Assembly (NCBI GenBank): GCA_036149055.1 | Contig: JAYZQJ010000088.1 | Location: 14,680-78,679, forward strand | DNA: 64,000 nt | From: Myxococcota bacterium | GTDB taxonomy: Bacteria > Myxococcota_A > Polyangia > Polyangiales > Sandaracinaceae | Direction: 5' to 3' | Shown here: piece by piece, positions 36,926-46,756 of the stretch | Numbering within the stretch: position 1 is the first letter of the stretch | Layout: every line of letters begins with the position of its first letter | Notes under the pieces: generated by a model | Told to the model about the DNA's origin: nothing | Database searches by the model: none | What the model saw: only the letters and a program-made list of their open reading frames with translations | Translations under genes and position numbers: made by a program

Positions 36926-37742
36926 GCACCTGACACGACGGGCAGAAGTAGACGTGCCGGCCGCCGATGTCCTCGCGGCGGATCGGCGCGTCGCAGCGGC
37001 GGCAGGGCTTGCCCGCGCGCCCGTAGACGTAGAAGCGCTTCTCGCTCCGCCGCGCGCCGCCCTGGCGGAGCCGCGCCGCCGTCCGGGCGGGGAGGGTGAC
37101 GCCGCGCTGCGCGTAGGCGCGCCGGCAGATCTCCACCGTGGAGTCGGCCAGCTTGCGGATCTCCTTCGCCTCGAGCGCCTTCGGTCGCTCCCTCGGGTGC
37201 ACGCGGGCGTGGAACAGGATCTCCGCGCGCAGGTAGTTGCCGAGCCCCGCGAGGAAGCCCTGGTCGAGATAGAGGGCGGCGAGCTGGCGGCCGTCGAAGC
37301 GGTCGTCGCGCAGCCGCTCGCGCACCACCGACGGATCGAGCGCGCCGGCCGACACGTCCGGCCCGAGCTTCGCGAGGTACGGGTGCGCGCGCAGATCGTC
37401 CGACTCGAGCACGGCGATCTCGCTCGCGGAGTACAGCCACGCGCTCTTGTCGGCGGTGTGCACCGCGAAGCGCAGCGAGCGGCGGGTGCGCGGCGTGGTC
37501 CCCCGCGCCGTGACGTACCAGCGGCCGTAGAGCTGGTTGTGGGTGTAGACGGTCAGCCCGACGTCGAAGCGCGTGAGCAGCGCCTTGCCGCGGTTGTCGA
37601 CCGCCTCGACGCGACGGCCGCTCAGCTCGTCCGCGTAGTCGCGCAGGTGGTCGAAGGCGAAGAACACCTCTTCGGCGATCTCGCCGGCGATGGCCTTCGC
37701 GAGCCGGTCGGCGGCGCGGCGGATCTCCGGTCCTTCGGGCAC
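36915..37742 (-). CDS. nei: Endonuclease VIII (Fpg/Nei DNA glycosylase)
   Basis: N-terminal PEGPE, RGKALL, HNQLYGRW, LDQGFLAGLGNYLRAEILF, CxxC..CxxCQ zinc finger. Confidence 0.95.
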   Translation of the reverse strand: MPEGPEIRRAADRLAKAIAGEIAEEVFFAFDHLRDYADELSGRRVEAVDNRGKALLTRFDVGLTVYTHNQLYGRWYVTARGTTPRTRRSLRFAVHTADKSAWLYSASEIAVLESDDLRAHPYLAKLGPDVSAGALDPSVVRERLRDDRFDGRQLAALYLDQGFLAGLGNYLRAEILFHARVHPRERPKALEAKEIRKLADSTVEICRRAYAQRGVTLPARTAARLRQGGARRSEKRFYVYGRAGKPCRRCDAPIRREDIGGRHVYFCPSCQVLKG

Positions 37743-37764
37743 GCACCAGGCCTAGGGCGAAGTA

Positions 37765-37880
37765 GGCGGCTCGACCACGAGGAGCGACGGGTGAGTCGAG
37801 CTTTGGATGTGTGGAGTTGGATGAGGTGCGTTGGAGTGGGATCGGAGGGGGAGGGTCGCTCCTCGTGATCGAGCACGAGC
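37765..37880 (-). ncRNA. Candidate sigma54-dependent small RNA or structured leader
   Basis: 20-bp inverted repeat 37769-37788/37855-37874; its one mismatch is a G-U pair only on the minus strand; 66-nt C/A-rich loop; begins at the predicted sigma54 +1. Confidence 0.55.
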
Positions 37881-37888
37881 TAGGTGTT

Positions 37889-37904
37889 TGCAGCCGGTGT
37901 GCCA
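37889..37904 (-). promoter_or_regulatory. sigma54 (-24/-12) promoter
   Basis: Minus strand TGGCACACCGGCTGCA, close to consensus TGGCAC-N5-TTGCA; predicted +1 near 37878. Confidence 0.7.
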
Positions 37905-37947
37905 CCCGCTCCGCGCGACGACCTGCGCCCGAAACGGCGTGACCGAA

Positions 37948-37993
37948 GGACACGCTGGTGACAGGTCGGCGACCCCACCCCTCGAGGGCGACA
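37948..37993 (-). promoter_or_regulatory. Possible enhancer-binding-protein tandem sites
   Basis: Minus strand TGTCGCC, GGTCGCC, TGTCACC, TGTCC; the last three are in 11-bp phase, 70-115 bp upstream of predicted +1. Confidence 0.35.
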
Positions 37994-38025
37994 AAATGGC
38001 AGCCGAACTGAACGCCCCGGGGCGG

Positions 38026-39291
38026 CTACGAGCCCAGCGGCCGCGGCGGGCGGTAGTGGACGCGCTCGGCGTCGACGGAGACCAGCTCGCGCTCCGGCCA
38101 GCGCAGCGCGGTGAGCTTGCCGCCGAACACGCAGCCCGTGTCGAGGCAGATCGTGTTGTTCACCCAACGCGTCTCCGCGACCGGGGTGTGGCCGTAGACG
38201 ACCGCCGCGCGCCCCTCGTAGTCCTGCGCCCAGTCCAGCCGGATGGGGAGGCCGTCTTCGTCGGTCTCGCCGGTGGTGTCGCCGTAGAGGCAGAACGCGC
38301 GCACCTTGCCGCCGACCCGCCCGTGCATCGACTCCTTCAGCCCGGCGTGGGCCACGACCAGCTCGCCGCCGTCGAGCACGTAGTGCGGCCGGAGCGCCTC
38401 GATGAACGCGCGCGCCCGCTCCCGGAACGCCTCCGGCTCGGCCTCGAGCGAGGCGATCGACGTCCCGGCGCCGTGCGTCGGCTTGATCTTCTTGCCCTCG
38501 AGCCAGCGGAGCAGCTTGGCCTCGTGGTTGCCCTGCACGCAGATCGCCGCGCCCGCGTCCACCATGTCCATCGCCAGCCGCAGACACCCGGCCACGTCGG
38601 GGCCGCGGTCCACGAGGTCGCCGACGAAGACGACGCGGCGGCCCTCGGGGTGGCGGTGCACGCCGTCGGCGCCCGGCGCGTAGCCGAGCCGGTCGAGCAG
38701 CGTGTGGAGCTCCGACGCGCAGCCGTGCACGTCGCCGACGAGATCGAACGGGCCGCGCTCCTCGCGCCGCTCGGGCGCCAGCTTCTCGCGCCGCACCTCG
38801 ACGCGCTCGATGTCCTGCTCGGCCAGCACGTGGACCTCCCGGAAGCCCTCGCTCCGCAGGCTCTCGAGCGATCGACGGAACTGCGCGTGGTGCTCGCGCA
38901 CGACGACCTCGGTGAACGGTCGATCCCCGCGGGCGGCGTGGCGCGCCAGGAGGGTCTCCAGCGACACGTCGAGGGCCACGACCACGATCGGGAGGTGCTG
39001 CCGCTTGGCGATCTTGCGCAGGGGCTGGCGGGCCCGGGGCTCGAGGCTCGTGGCGTCGATGACGGTCATGCGCGCGTGGGCGAGCCGCATGTCGGCGAGG
39101 CGGTGCACCATCTCGAAGGCGTCCGCGCTCACCCCCTGATCGTTCTCGTCGTCGCAGATGAGCGCCCGCATCCGATCCGACGAGACCACCTCGGTCGGCG
39201 CGAAGTGCTTCGCGGCGAAGCTCGACTTGCCGCTGCCCGACGCGCCGAGCAGCACCACGAGCGACGGCTCCGGGAGGATCAGGCTCGGCAT
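38026..39291 (-). CDS. Polynucleotide kinase-phosphatase (Pnkp kinase + metallophosphoesterase; no ligase domain)
   Basis: Walker [56 protein letters not shown]. Confidence 0.9.
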   Translation of the reverse strand: MPSLILPEPSLVVLLGASGSGKSSFAAKHFAPTEVVSSDRMRALICDDENDQGVSADAFEMVHRLADMRLAHARMTVIDATSLEPRARQPLRKIAKRQHLPIVVVALDVSLETLLARHAARGDRPFTEVVVREHHAQFRRSLESLRSEGFREVHVLAEQDIERVEVRREKLAPERREERGPFDLVGDVHGCASELHTLLDRLGYAPGADGVHRHPEGRRVVFVGDLVDRGPDVAGCLRLAMDMVDAGAAICVQGNHEAKLLRWLEGKKIKPTHGAGTSIASLEAEPEAFRERARAFIEALRPHYVLDGGELVVAHAGLKESMHGRVGGKVRAFCLYGDTTGETDEDGLPIRLDWAQDYEGRAAVVYGHTPVAETRWVNNTICLDTGCVFGGKLTALRWPERELVSVDAERVHYRPPRPLGS

Positions 39292-39323
39292 GCGGTCCTC
39301 GGTTTGCGCCGCCGGGCGCGTCG

Positions 39324-40289
39324 GTGCAACACCGCGTCGTGGAGCCCGAGGTCGTCGCCCGTCACGCGGAGATGTTCGCCAACCGCGTCAAGAAGAACCA
39401 CCGCAAGCTGGCCAAGGGCTTCGAGCGGGAGGGCGTGGGGGCGTTTCGCCTCTACGACTGGGACATCCCCGAGGTCCGCGCGGTCTGCGACTGGTACGAG
39501 GGGCACCTCGTCGTCGCGGAGTACGAGCGCACCCAGACCGAGGGCGTCGACGACTACGCCGGGGACCTCGGCCGGGCGGCCGCGGCGGCGCTCGGGCTGC
39601 CCGAGGAGCGGGTGCACGCGAAGCAGCGGCGGACCCGTCCCCAGGAGGGCGCGCGCTACCAGAAGCTCGGCGACGGCGGCCGGCTGATGCAGGTGCGGGA
39701 GCGGGCGCTGCGCTTCTGGGTGAACCTCGACGACTTCGTCGACACCGGCCTCTTCCCCGACCACCGCGACACCCGCCGGCGCTTCGGCGAGATGGCGGCG
39801 GGCAAGCGGGTCCTCAACCTCTTCTCCTACACCGGCGCGTTCACGTGCTGGGCCGCCCACGGCGGGGCGAAGGAGACGGTCTCCGTCGATCGCTCCGCGC
39901 GCTACTCCGCGTGGGCGGAGGACAACCTCGCGCTCAACGGGCTCGCCGGGCCGGCCCACGCGGTCGTCGCCGCCGACGTGCACGACTGGCTCGCCGGGGC
40001 CGCGCGGACCGACGAGCGCTTCGACCTCGTGCTGGTCGATCCGCCCTCGTTCTCGACGACCTTCGGCGCCGGGGACTTCGAGATCCAGCGCGATCACCCG
40101 ACCCTGCTCTCGACCCTCGCGCGGCGGCTGACGGCGGACGGCGTGCTGCTCTTCTCGACCAACCACCAGCGCTTCGAGCCCCGGCTCGAGGGGCTGCCGT
40201 TCTCCGAGATCGAGGAGATCACCGCGCGCACCGTGCCGGCCGATTACCGGAACCGCGCCGTGCACCGCGCCTTCCTCTTGCGGCCCTGA
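39324..40289 (+). CDS. Class I SAM-dependent rRNA methyltransferase (stand-alone RlmK-like half of RlmKL)
   Basis: [46 protein letters not shown]; alternative start ATG 39372. Confidence 0.85.
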   Translation: MQHRVVEPEVVARHAEMFANRVKKNHRKLAKGFEREGVGAFRLYDWDIPEVRAVCDWYEGHLVVAEYERTQTEGVDDYAGDLGRAAAAALGLPEERVHAKQRRTRPQEGARYQKLGDGGRLMQVRERALRFWVNLDDFVDTGLFPDHRDTRRRFGEMAAGKRVLNLFSYTGAFTCWAAHGGAKETVSVDRSARYSAWAEDNLALNGLAGPAHAVVAADVHDWLAGAARTDERFDLVLVDPPSFSTTFGAGDFEIQRDHPTLLSTLARRLTADGVLLFSTNHQRFEPRLEGLPFSEIEEITARTVPADYRNRAVHRAFLLRP

Positions 40290-40312
40290 GCCCGCGGTCC
40301 CACCGATGGGCG

Positions 40313-40684
40313 GTGGAGCCGGAGAAGCACTGCGCGCGCTGCGGACGCGCCTTCGCCTGGCGCAAGAAGTGGGCGCGCGACTGGGACGCCGTCCGCTACT
40401 GCAGCGCGGCGTGTCGCGCGGCGAAGCTCGACCCGACCGACCTCGCGCTCGAGGCGGCCCTCCGTCGCATCCTCGCGGAGCGCGCGGCCGGCAAGACCCT
40501 CTGCCCGAGCGAGGCGGCCCGCGCGGTCGGCGGCGAGGGCTGGCGGGATCTGATGGAGCGGACCCGCATGGCCGCGCGGCGGCTCGTGGCGCGCGGCGAG
40601 GCCCGCATCCTCCAGCGGGGCCGCGAGGTGGATCCGTCCCGGGCGCGCGGACCCATCCGGGTGGGTCACGCGCGCTCGACCTGA
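40313..40684 (+). CDS. DUF2256-DUF3253 fusion protein
   Basis: [22 protein letters not shown] followed by T.CPSEAAR....WR.LM...R.AA...GPIR. Confidence 0.88.
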   Translation: MEPEKHCARCGRAFAWRKKWARDWDAVRYCSAACRAAKLDPTDLALEAALRRILAERAAGKTLCPSEAARAVGGEGWRDLMERTRMAARRLVARGEARILQRGREVDPSRARGPIRVGHARST

Positions 40685-41781
40685 ACGGTGCCCCACCGCG
40701 TCGCGAGCGCCGGGTCGACGGGCGGCACCACTCGGACGCGCCAGGCGCCCTCGGTGGCGTTCGGGTCGGCGCGGAAGCTCGTGGGCAGCGGCACCAGCGA
40801 GATCGGGCTCGGGGTGCGACGCGCGGGGTCGTACAGGCGGAAGCGGTGGTCGAGGAGCGCCGGCGCCTCGGGGCCGAGGCGCTCCGCCCGGCGGGTGTCG
40901 TCGTGCTCGAGCAGGCGGAGCATCCACGCCCGCATCACGCTCGTCGCCGCGGGCAGCGCGGCCTCCACCGAGAGCTCGGGCAGCATCCAGCGGGACAGGC
41001 CCCGGGTGTGCCAGCGGTCGGCGGTGCGGACCACGCGGGTCCAGAGGCCGAGGAGGGTGCGCGGGTGCGACTCCGCGTGCGCCCCGACCTCGCGCCACTC
41101 CGAGACCGGCACCCACCGCTCGACGTGCGGCACCCAGACGATGCGCGCGTTCGCCCCGAGCCTCGAGACGGCGTCGGTGAGCCACCGCAGCTGCGCATGG
41201 CGCACGCCCGGGAGGGAAGCGAGCGCCATGCGCAGCGTGAAGCCGCGGGGCCGAGGCCCGAGGTCGTGGATCAGGGCGCGGGGCAGCCGCGCCACCGTCT
41301 CGGGCTGGAGCGGGAGCACCGCCGCCTGCCACCCGCGCTCCGGGTGCACGATCGAGCGGCGCCTCCGATCGATCCGCAGGGCGTCGCCGTGGCTCTGGGA
41401 GCGGAGCGGCCGGGCGACGTCGTCGGCGCAGCCGAGGAGCGCGATCTCCACGTCCGTGTCGTGGCAGAGGCCGGTCTCGACGAGGGTGAACTTGCCGCCG
41501 GGGCCGGGGCGCCACCGCTCCACCCGGGCGCGGCTCGCGCCGAGCGCCGGATCGAAGCTCCGCTCGAACACCTCGACGTCACCGTTCGCGTAGCCACGCG
41601 CCGCCTCCACCCGCGACGCCAGGCGGGCCGCGTCGGGCGTGGTCGCCACGAGCGCGGGCCGCTGAGCCACCGCGAGGTCGACCGCGCCCACCTTGCGGCG
41701 CTCGCCCGACCGCGCCCGCCGCTTGGCGTCCGGGCTCCCGGGGTGGGTCACCAGCTCCAGGTCTCGCCGTCTTGCTTCCAT
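40666..41781 (-). CDS. Hypothetical protein
   Basis: GGAGG RBS before ATG; HTRGL...LPEL segment weakly reminiscent of DUF4261-like proteins. Confidence 0.6.
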   Translation of the reverse strand: MEARRRDLELVTHPGSPDAKRRARSGERRKVGAVDLAVAQRPALVATTPDAARLASRVEAARGYANGDVEVFERSFDPALGASRARVERWRPGPGGKFTLVETGLCHDTDVEIALLGCADDVARPLRSQSHGDALRIDRRRRSIVHPERGWQAAVLPLQPETVARLPRALIHDLGPRPRGFTLRMALASLPGVRHAQLRWLTDAVSRLGANARIVWVPHVERWVPVSEWREVGAHAESHPRTLLGLWTRVVRTADRWHTRGLSRWMLPELSVEAALPAATSVMRAWMLRLLEHDDTRRAERLGPEAPALLDHRFRLYDPARRTPSPISLVPLPTSFRADPNATEGAWRVRVVPPVDPALATRWGTVQVERA

Positions 41782-41946
41782 CGCGCCTCCGCGTCCCCTC
41801 CAAGCAGATCCAGTGCCGTCGGAGGGTTCCGCGTCGATCGGAGGGATCCAGCTGTGGCGGCATGCGACTCCGGCCGGGCGCGGGTGGCATCGCGCCCCGT
41901 CCGCGCCGTGCTACCCTCAGGGCCGTCGAGGGGGACCCGAGAGCGC

Positions 41947-43626
41947 ATGAGCCAAGCCGCGCCGGAGAGCGAAGACGCCCTGATCGGACGCGTGATCGAA
42001 GGACGCTACGCGATCCTCGAGCGCCTGGCCGCGGGCGGCATGGGCGTGGTCTACAAGGCCGAGCAGCGGCCCCTCGGCCGGGCGGTCGCGCTGAAGATCC
42101 TCGAGATCCAGAAGACGCCGAACGCCGCGGCGAGCTTCGGGCAACGCTTCTTCCTCGAGGCCTCCGCGGCCGCGAAGCTGGCCCACCCGAACACCATCGT
42201 CGTCCACGACTACGGCAAGACCGACGACGGCCTCTACTTCATCGCGATGGAGCACCTCGACGGAGGCACGCTCGCGCAGCGGCTCCGCAAGCAGGGGCCG
42301 CTCTCGCCCGCCGAGGCCATCCACGTGGCCCTCCAGGTCGTCAGCTCGCTCCGCGACGCGCACGCCCAGGGCCTCGTGCACCGCGATCTGAAGCCGGGCA
42401 ACGTCATGTTCGCGCCGCGCGGCGGCGATCCCCTCTTCGTGAAGGTGCTCGACTTCGGCCTGGTGAAGATGGTGGGGGAGGGGAGCGAGAACCTCGGCCT
42501 CACCCAGAGCGGCGTGATGATGGGCTCGCCGCGCTACATGTCACCGGAGCAGGTCAAGGCGGCGCCGGTGGACGCGCGCACCGACATCTACTCGCTCGGC
42601 GCGGTGCTCTATCACGTGCTGACCGGCGCCCCGCCCTTCGCCTCCGGCAGCGCGTACGAGGCGATGAACGCGCACGTGAACTCGCCGCCGCCCCCGTTCC
42701 GGGCGACGCGCCCCGACTGCGTCGCCGGGCCCCAGCTCGAGGCGCTGGTGATGCGCTGCCTGGAGAAGGACCCGGCCGCGCGCTTCCAGAGCATGGACGA
42801 GGTGATGACCGCGCTCCGGGGCTGCGAGGCGGAGGCCGGCGCGTCGGGGAGCGGCTCGTACCTCGGCTCGGCCCACTCGCGGAGCGGCAGCCAGCCCGAG
42901 GCCTCGTCTCCGGGCCTCGCTCCGCAGCCGCAGTCCCAGCCGAGCTCTCAGCCCGACGCCCCGGCGTCGACCGGGACCTACCAGAAGACGGTGCGCTTCG
43001 ACGCCCCGGAGCTCGAGCCGCCGCCGCCCGCGCCGATCTCGAGCCCGGCCCCGGTGGCCGCGCCGAGCGCGTCGGGTGGCGGCTTGCTCAAGGTCGCCCT
43101 CGCGCTCGTCGCGCTGCTCTTCATCGGCGCCGCGGTCGCCGCGACGGTGGTGCTCTGGCCGCGGGCCGAGGTCGAGGCCGACGACCCGCCGCCTCCGCCG
43201 GTCGCGACGCCGGAGCCGCCCCCGCCGCCGGTCGAGCCGACCGAGCCGCCCCCCGAGGAGCCGGCCGCGCCCGCCGTCGAGCCGCTGATGCTCCGCACCG
43301 ACCCCTCCGGGGCCCGGGTCCGCCTCGACGGCGTCGATCTCGGCGACACCCCGCTCGCGCTCCGCATCCCCGAGGGCGAGCGCTGGTCGATCCAGGTCTC
43401 GCTCGACGGCCACGAGACCCGCGCGGTCACGGTGATGAGCGGGCAGCCCGAGCTGCTCCTCCACCTCGAGCCCGAGGCGGCGGCGGAGCCGTCCAGGCCC
43501 TCGCGCCCCTCGCGTCCCGAGCCGCCCGCGCAGACCCCCGAGGTCCGCCCGCTCCCGCCGCCCACGACCGGCCCGACGCACCCCGACGTCTACGCGCCCG
43601 ACCTCGACAACCCCTGGGCCCGTTGA
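41947..43626 (+). CDS. Membrane Ser/Thr protein kinase with PEGA-like domain
   Basis: LAAGGMGVVY, VALK, HRDLKPGN, DFG, GSPRYMSPE, DIYSLG; TM; TDPSGARVRLDG..LG.TP. Confidence 0.95.
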   Translation: MSQAAPESEDALIGRVIEGRYAILERLAAGGMGVVYKAEQRPLGRAVALKILEIQKTPNAAASFGQRFFLEASAAAKLAHPNTIVVHDYGKTDDGLYFIAMEHLDGGTLAQRLRKQGPLSPAEAIHVALQVVSSLRDAHAQGLVHRDLKPGNVMFAPRGGDPLFVKVLDFGLVKMVGEGSENLGLTQSGVMMGSPRYMSPEQVKAAPVDARTDIYSLGAVLYHVLTGAPPFASGSAYEAMNAHVNSPPPPFRATRPDCVAGPQLEALVMRCLEKDPAARFQSMDEVMTALRGCEAEAGASGSGSYLGSAHSRSGSQPEASSPGLAPQPQSQPSSQPDAPASTGTYQKTVRFDAPELEPPPPAPISSPAPVAAPSASGGGLLKVALALVALLFIGAAVAATVVLWPRAEVEADDPPPPPVATPEPPPPPVEPTEPPPEEPAAPAVEPLMLRTDPSGARVRLDGVDLGDTPLALRIPEGERWSIQVSLDGHETRAVTVMSGQPELLLHLEPEAAAEPSRPSRPSRPEPPAQTPEVRPLPPPTTGPTHPDVYAPDLDNPWAR

Positions 43627-43638
43627 GCCCGCACGCGC

Positions 43639-44721
43639 TCAGGGCTCGCAGGCGGTGCCGTCGCCGGTGAGGGTCGCGATCCAGGCGCGCACCGCCGCGA
43701 GGCCCTCGTCGTCGGCGCGCTCGGTGGCGAGCGGAGGCATCTGGGCGCGGTCCCCGCGCTCGGCCATGCGCACGAGGGTGAGGCTCGAGTCGGGGCTGCC
43801 CGGGTGGACGCGGCAGATGGCGTCCGGGTGGAAGTAGCTCGCCACCTCGCTCACCGCGGTGGTGTGGGCGTCGGTGCCCTCCACGGTGGTGTCGTCCACG
43901 TTCACCCACATCCAGAGGCCCGTGGTCATGGCCGCCGCGTCGGAGGCGTTCTCGCGGTGACAGTGTCCGCAGTTGGCGTGCAGGTAGCCGAGGGCCGCCT
44001 GGGCGGTGGCGTCGCCGGGCACGTCCGCGTCGGCGGGCGCGACCGCCTCGGTCAGGAGGCCCTCGTCGAGCAGCGTCTGCAGGGTCACGCCGGGGCCCGC
44101 GTGGTTGAGCTGGATGGCGCTGAAGCCGTTGACGACGTCGAGGCCGCCGTGACAGCGCAGGCAGTCGGCGCCGCTCGGGATGTCGTGCTCGGTGCCGAGC
44201 ACGTCCTGGCGGATGGACTCGTCGAGGTTCGTCACGTCGGTGACGCCGTCCTGCGTCTCGTTCCAGGCGTAGACCCGCATCTCCCAGGCGCCGATGCCCG
44301 TCCCGAGCTCGTCCTTCTCCAGGATGCGGGTCTCGAGCCGGACGCCGTCCTGCAGGAAGGTCTTGTAGATCCGTGTTCCCACCGGGAACACCCAGTTGTC
44401 GGGGTCGCGGGTGTCGATCGTCTCGCCGGGCGGCAGCGCGATGTAGCGCTCCTTGTCGGCGCCATCGGCCCAGAGCTGGAAGCGGGGCTGGTAGGGGCGC
44501 ACGCCGGCGGCCACCACCGTGCACGCCCCGTCCTCGTAGAGGCCGGGCGGGCCTTCGCAGTCGCCGCTGCCGGTGTCGGGCGGGTCGGTCGAGGCGTCTC
44601 CGGCGTCCTCTTCGCCCGCGTCCTCCGTCGGGCCGGCGTCCGGCTCCGGGGGCTCACCGTCACACGCGATCAGCGCCGCGATCGCGAACGCCGAGAGAAG
44701 CCACTGAACGAGTCTGCGCAC
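43639..44721 (-). CDS. Diheme c-type cytochrome lipoprotein (SO2930-like)
   Basis: GGAGG RBS; lipobox LIAC; LWADGADKER, FPVGT..KTF, CLRCH, YLHANCGHCH, QMPP. Confidence 0.85.
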   Translation of the reverse strand: MRRLVQWLLSAFAIAALIACDGEPPEPDAGPTEDAGEEDAGDASTDPPDTGSGDCEGPPGLYEDGACTVVAAGVRPYQPRFQLWADGADKERYIALPPGETIDTRDPDNWVFPVGTRIYKTFLQDGVRLETRILEKDELGTGIGAWEMRVYAWNETQDGVTDVTNLDESIRQDVLGTEHDIPSGADCLRCHGGLDVVNGFSAIQLNHAGPGVTLQTLLDEGLLTEAVAPADADVPGDATAQAALGYLHANCGHCHRENASDAAAMTTGLWMWVNVDDTTVEGTDAHTTAVSEVASYFHPDAICRVHPGSPDSSLTLVRMAERGDRAQMPPLATERADDEGLAAVRAWIATLTGDGTACEP

Positions 44722-44860
44722 CCTACCTCCGAGGCGACACGATGAACCATATCCATGGGGTCGCCAGTTGGAAAACGACCGGTTCGTGCAACGGCTGGGA
44801 AACGCGGCGGGCGGTGCGCTAGAATGCCGCGGCTTCCTTGATGCGGAGAGGGGACGGTTG

Positions 44861-45688
44861 ATGAGATCGACGATCGCTGCGTGGTGTGCCGTCGCGTGCC
44901 TCGCCTTGACGACGAGCGTGGCGCACGCTCAGGACCCGGACAGCCAGAGCCAGCTCGACGAGGCCGCGCGGCTGACCTTCGAGTCGGCGCGCGAGGCGTT
45001 CGTCGCCGGCGACTACGAGGTCGCGCTGGCTCGCTTCCGGCAGGCCTATCAGCTCAGCGCCCGGCCCGGCCTCCTCTACAACATCGCCCAGACCCTCGAT
45101 CGCCTCCGACGCGACGAGGAGACGGTCGCGGCGCTCCGGGAGTACCTCGAGGCGCTGCCCAACGCGCCGAACCGTCCCGAGGTCGAGGCCCGCATCCGGG
45201 TGCTGGAGACCGCGATCGCGGAGCGCGAGGCCGACGCGGCGGCGCAGCAGGCCCAGCAGGAGGCGCAGCAGGCTCAGGTCGAGCAGACCCAGGCGGCCGC
45301 CGCGCAGACGACCACGACGGACACCTCGGAGGGAGGCGGCCTCGGCGTGCTGCACCCCGCCATCTTCATCGGCGTCGGCGGGGTCGCGCTGGTGGCCGGC
45401 GGCCTGGCGGTCTGGGCGGGCCTCGAGACGCTGTCGTTGAACGACGCCTACCTCGCCACTACGGACCGCGCCGCGGCGCAGGCGGCCTACGATGAAGCGA
45501 GCTCGATGCAGACCCTCGCCAACGTCTTCATCTTCAGCGCGGCCGGGCTCGGCGTGGCCGCGGTGGCGCTCGCGATCTTCACCGACTGGGACGCGTTCGG
45601 CGGCGGCGACGGCGAGCGCGTCTCGCTTCGGCCGCGCTTCCTCGCCGGACCGAACGGCGGCCAGCTCGGCCTCGAAGGGAGCTTCTGA
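44861..45688 (+). CDS. Secreted TPR protein with C-terminal membrane segments
   Basis: Signal AHA; F..GDYE.AL..F..AY, LLYNIA, YLE..P.A; myxobacterial-type C-terminus. Confidence 0.85.
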   Translation: MRSTIAAWCAVACLALTTSVAHAQDPDSQSQLDEAARLTFESAREAFVAGDYEVALARFRQAYQLSARPGLLYNIAQTLDRLRRDEETVAALREYLEALPNAPNRPEVEARIRVLETAIAEREADAAAQQAQQEAQQAQVEQTQAAAAQTTTTDTSEGGGLGVLHPAIFIGVGGVALVAGGLAVWAGLETLSLNDAYLATTDRAAAQAAYDEASSMQTLANVFIFSAAGLGVAAVALAIFTDWDAFGGGDGERVSLRPRFLAGPNGGQLGLEGSF

Positions 45689-46737
45689 TGCGGCTCGCGC
45701 TCCTCCTCGCCCTCTCCGGCTTCACCACCGGCTGCTTCGTGGTCGACACCGGCCACCTCGAAGGCCTCGGTCAGGACGACGACGCCGGGATCTCGACCGA
45801 CGCCGACACGACGACCGACTCCGGCACCGGCGATCAGCTGAACGACGCCTGCGGCGGCGACATCGCCGACTACGTCGTGCTGCGCACGAGCACTCCGAGC
45901 CAGCTCGCCTTCAGCACCCGGAGCCTCAGCAACCGCGTGTCGAGCTGCGGCTCGCGGTCGGCGCCCGGCAACGACGGCTTCGTCGCCATCGAGGTGCAGG
46001 CCGGCGATCAGTGGCACTTCCACGTCATCCCGGATCCCTCGGTCGCCGGGCAGGATCGCGACCCGTTCCTCTACCTGCTCGACTCGACCTGCCGGAACAC
46101 CGCGTGCGAGCACGCCTCCGACGCGTGCGTCGGGGCCGGCGACGAGCACTTCGCGTTCGTCGCGCCGCGCAACGGCACCTGGTACCTCGGCATCGACGAC
46201 CGCAACGAGGGCGGCGGGGACTACCTGCTCGGCGCCTATCGACTCTTCTGTGGGGACGGCGAGCCGGAGCACGGCGAGGCCTGCGACGGCGGCGGCACCT
46301 GCAACACCGAGTGCCGCGAGGTGCTGAACGTGGGGCGCGCCTCCGAGCAGCTGCCGAACGACAACGAGATCGAGGCCAACTTCCTCGAGTTCCCCGCGTC
46401 GAACTCGCTCACGGTGAGCGGCATCCTCGGCGGCGACTCGTGCACCTACCCGGACGTCTACAACTTCGCGGTCGCCAACGACGGCACCAACCTGGTGATG
46501 GAGATCCTGAAATCGGACGGCAGCGTCTGTGACTCGGGGTCGCTGACGCCCTTCGACATCGTGCTGCGGAGCTCGGCCGGCGAGATCCGAGCCGGCATGC
46601 AGACCAACGCCTCCACCGGCTGCGCCGAGCTGCGGGTCGCGGACGTCACCGCCGCCAGCTACTTCGTGTACCTGGAGCACGACGAGCCGCTCGACCGCCC
46701 GGTCAGCTACTCGCTGCGCATCACTCAGTCGCTCTGA
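45688..46737 (+). CDS. Cys-rich lipoprotein with PPC-like and myxococcal Cys repeat
   Basis: Lipobox TTGC; DPFLYLL..C, GTWYLGID, CGDG.....EACD; TGATG overlap. Confidence 0.75.
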   Translation: MRLALLLALSGFTTGCFVVDTGHLEGLGQDDDAGISTDADTTTDSGTGDQLNDACGGDIADYVVLRTSTPSQLAFSTRSLSNRVSSCGSRSAPGNDGFVAIEVQAGDQWHFHVIPDPSVAGQDRDPFLYLLDSTCRNTACEHASDACVGAGDEHFAFVAPRNGTWYLGIDDRNEGGGDYLLGAYRLFCGDGEPEHGEACDGGGTCNTECREVLNVGRASEQLPNDNEIEANFLEFPASNSLTVSGILGGDSCTYPDVYNFAVANDGTNLVMEILKSDGSVCDSGSLTPFDIVLRSSAGEIRAGMQTNASTGCAELRVADVTAASYFVYLEHDEPLDRPVSYSLRITQSL

Positions 46738-46756
46738 CGCATCCTCGGGGGGTCGC

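Noticed and set aside
39324..40289. Methyltransferase next to pnkp as Hen1
   Set aside because: Its motifs (RLYD.DIPE, DTGLF.DHR, DPPSFS) are RlmK/RlmI-type, not Hen1, and it is divergently oriented.
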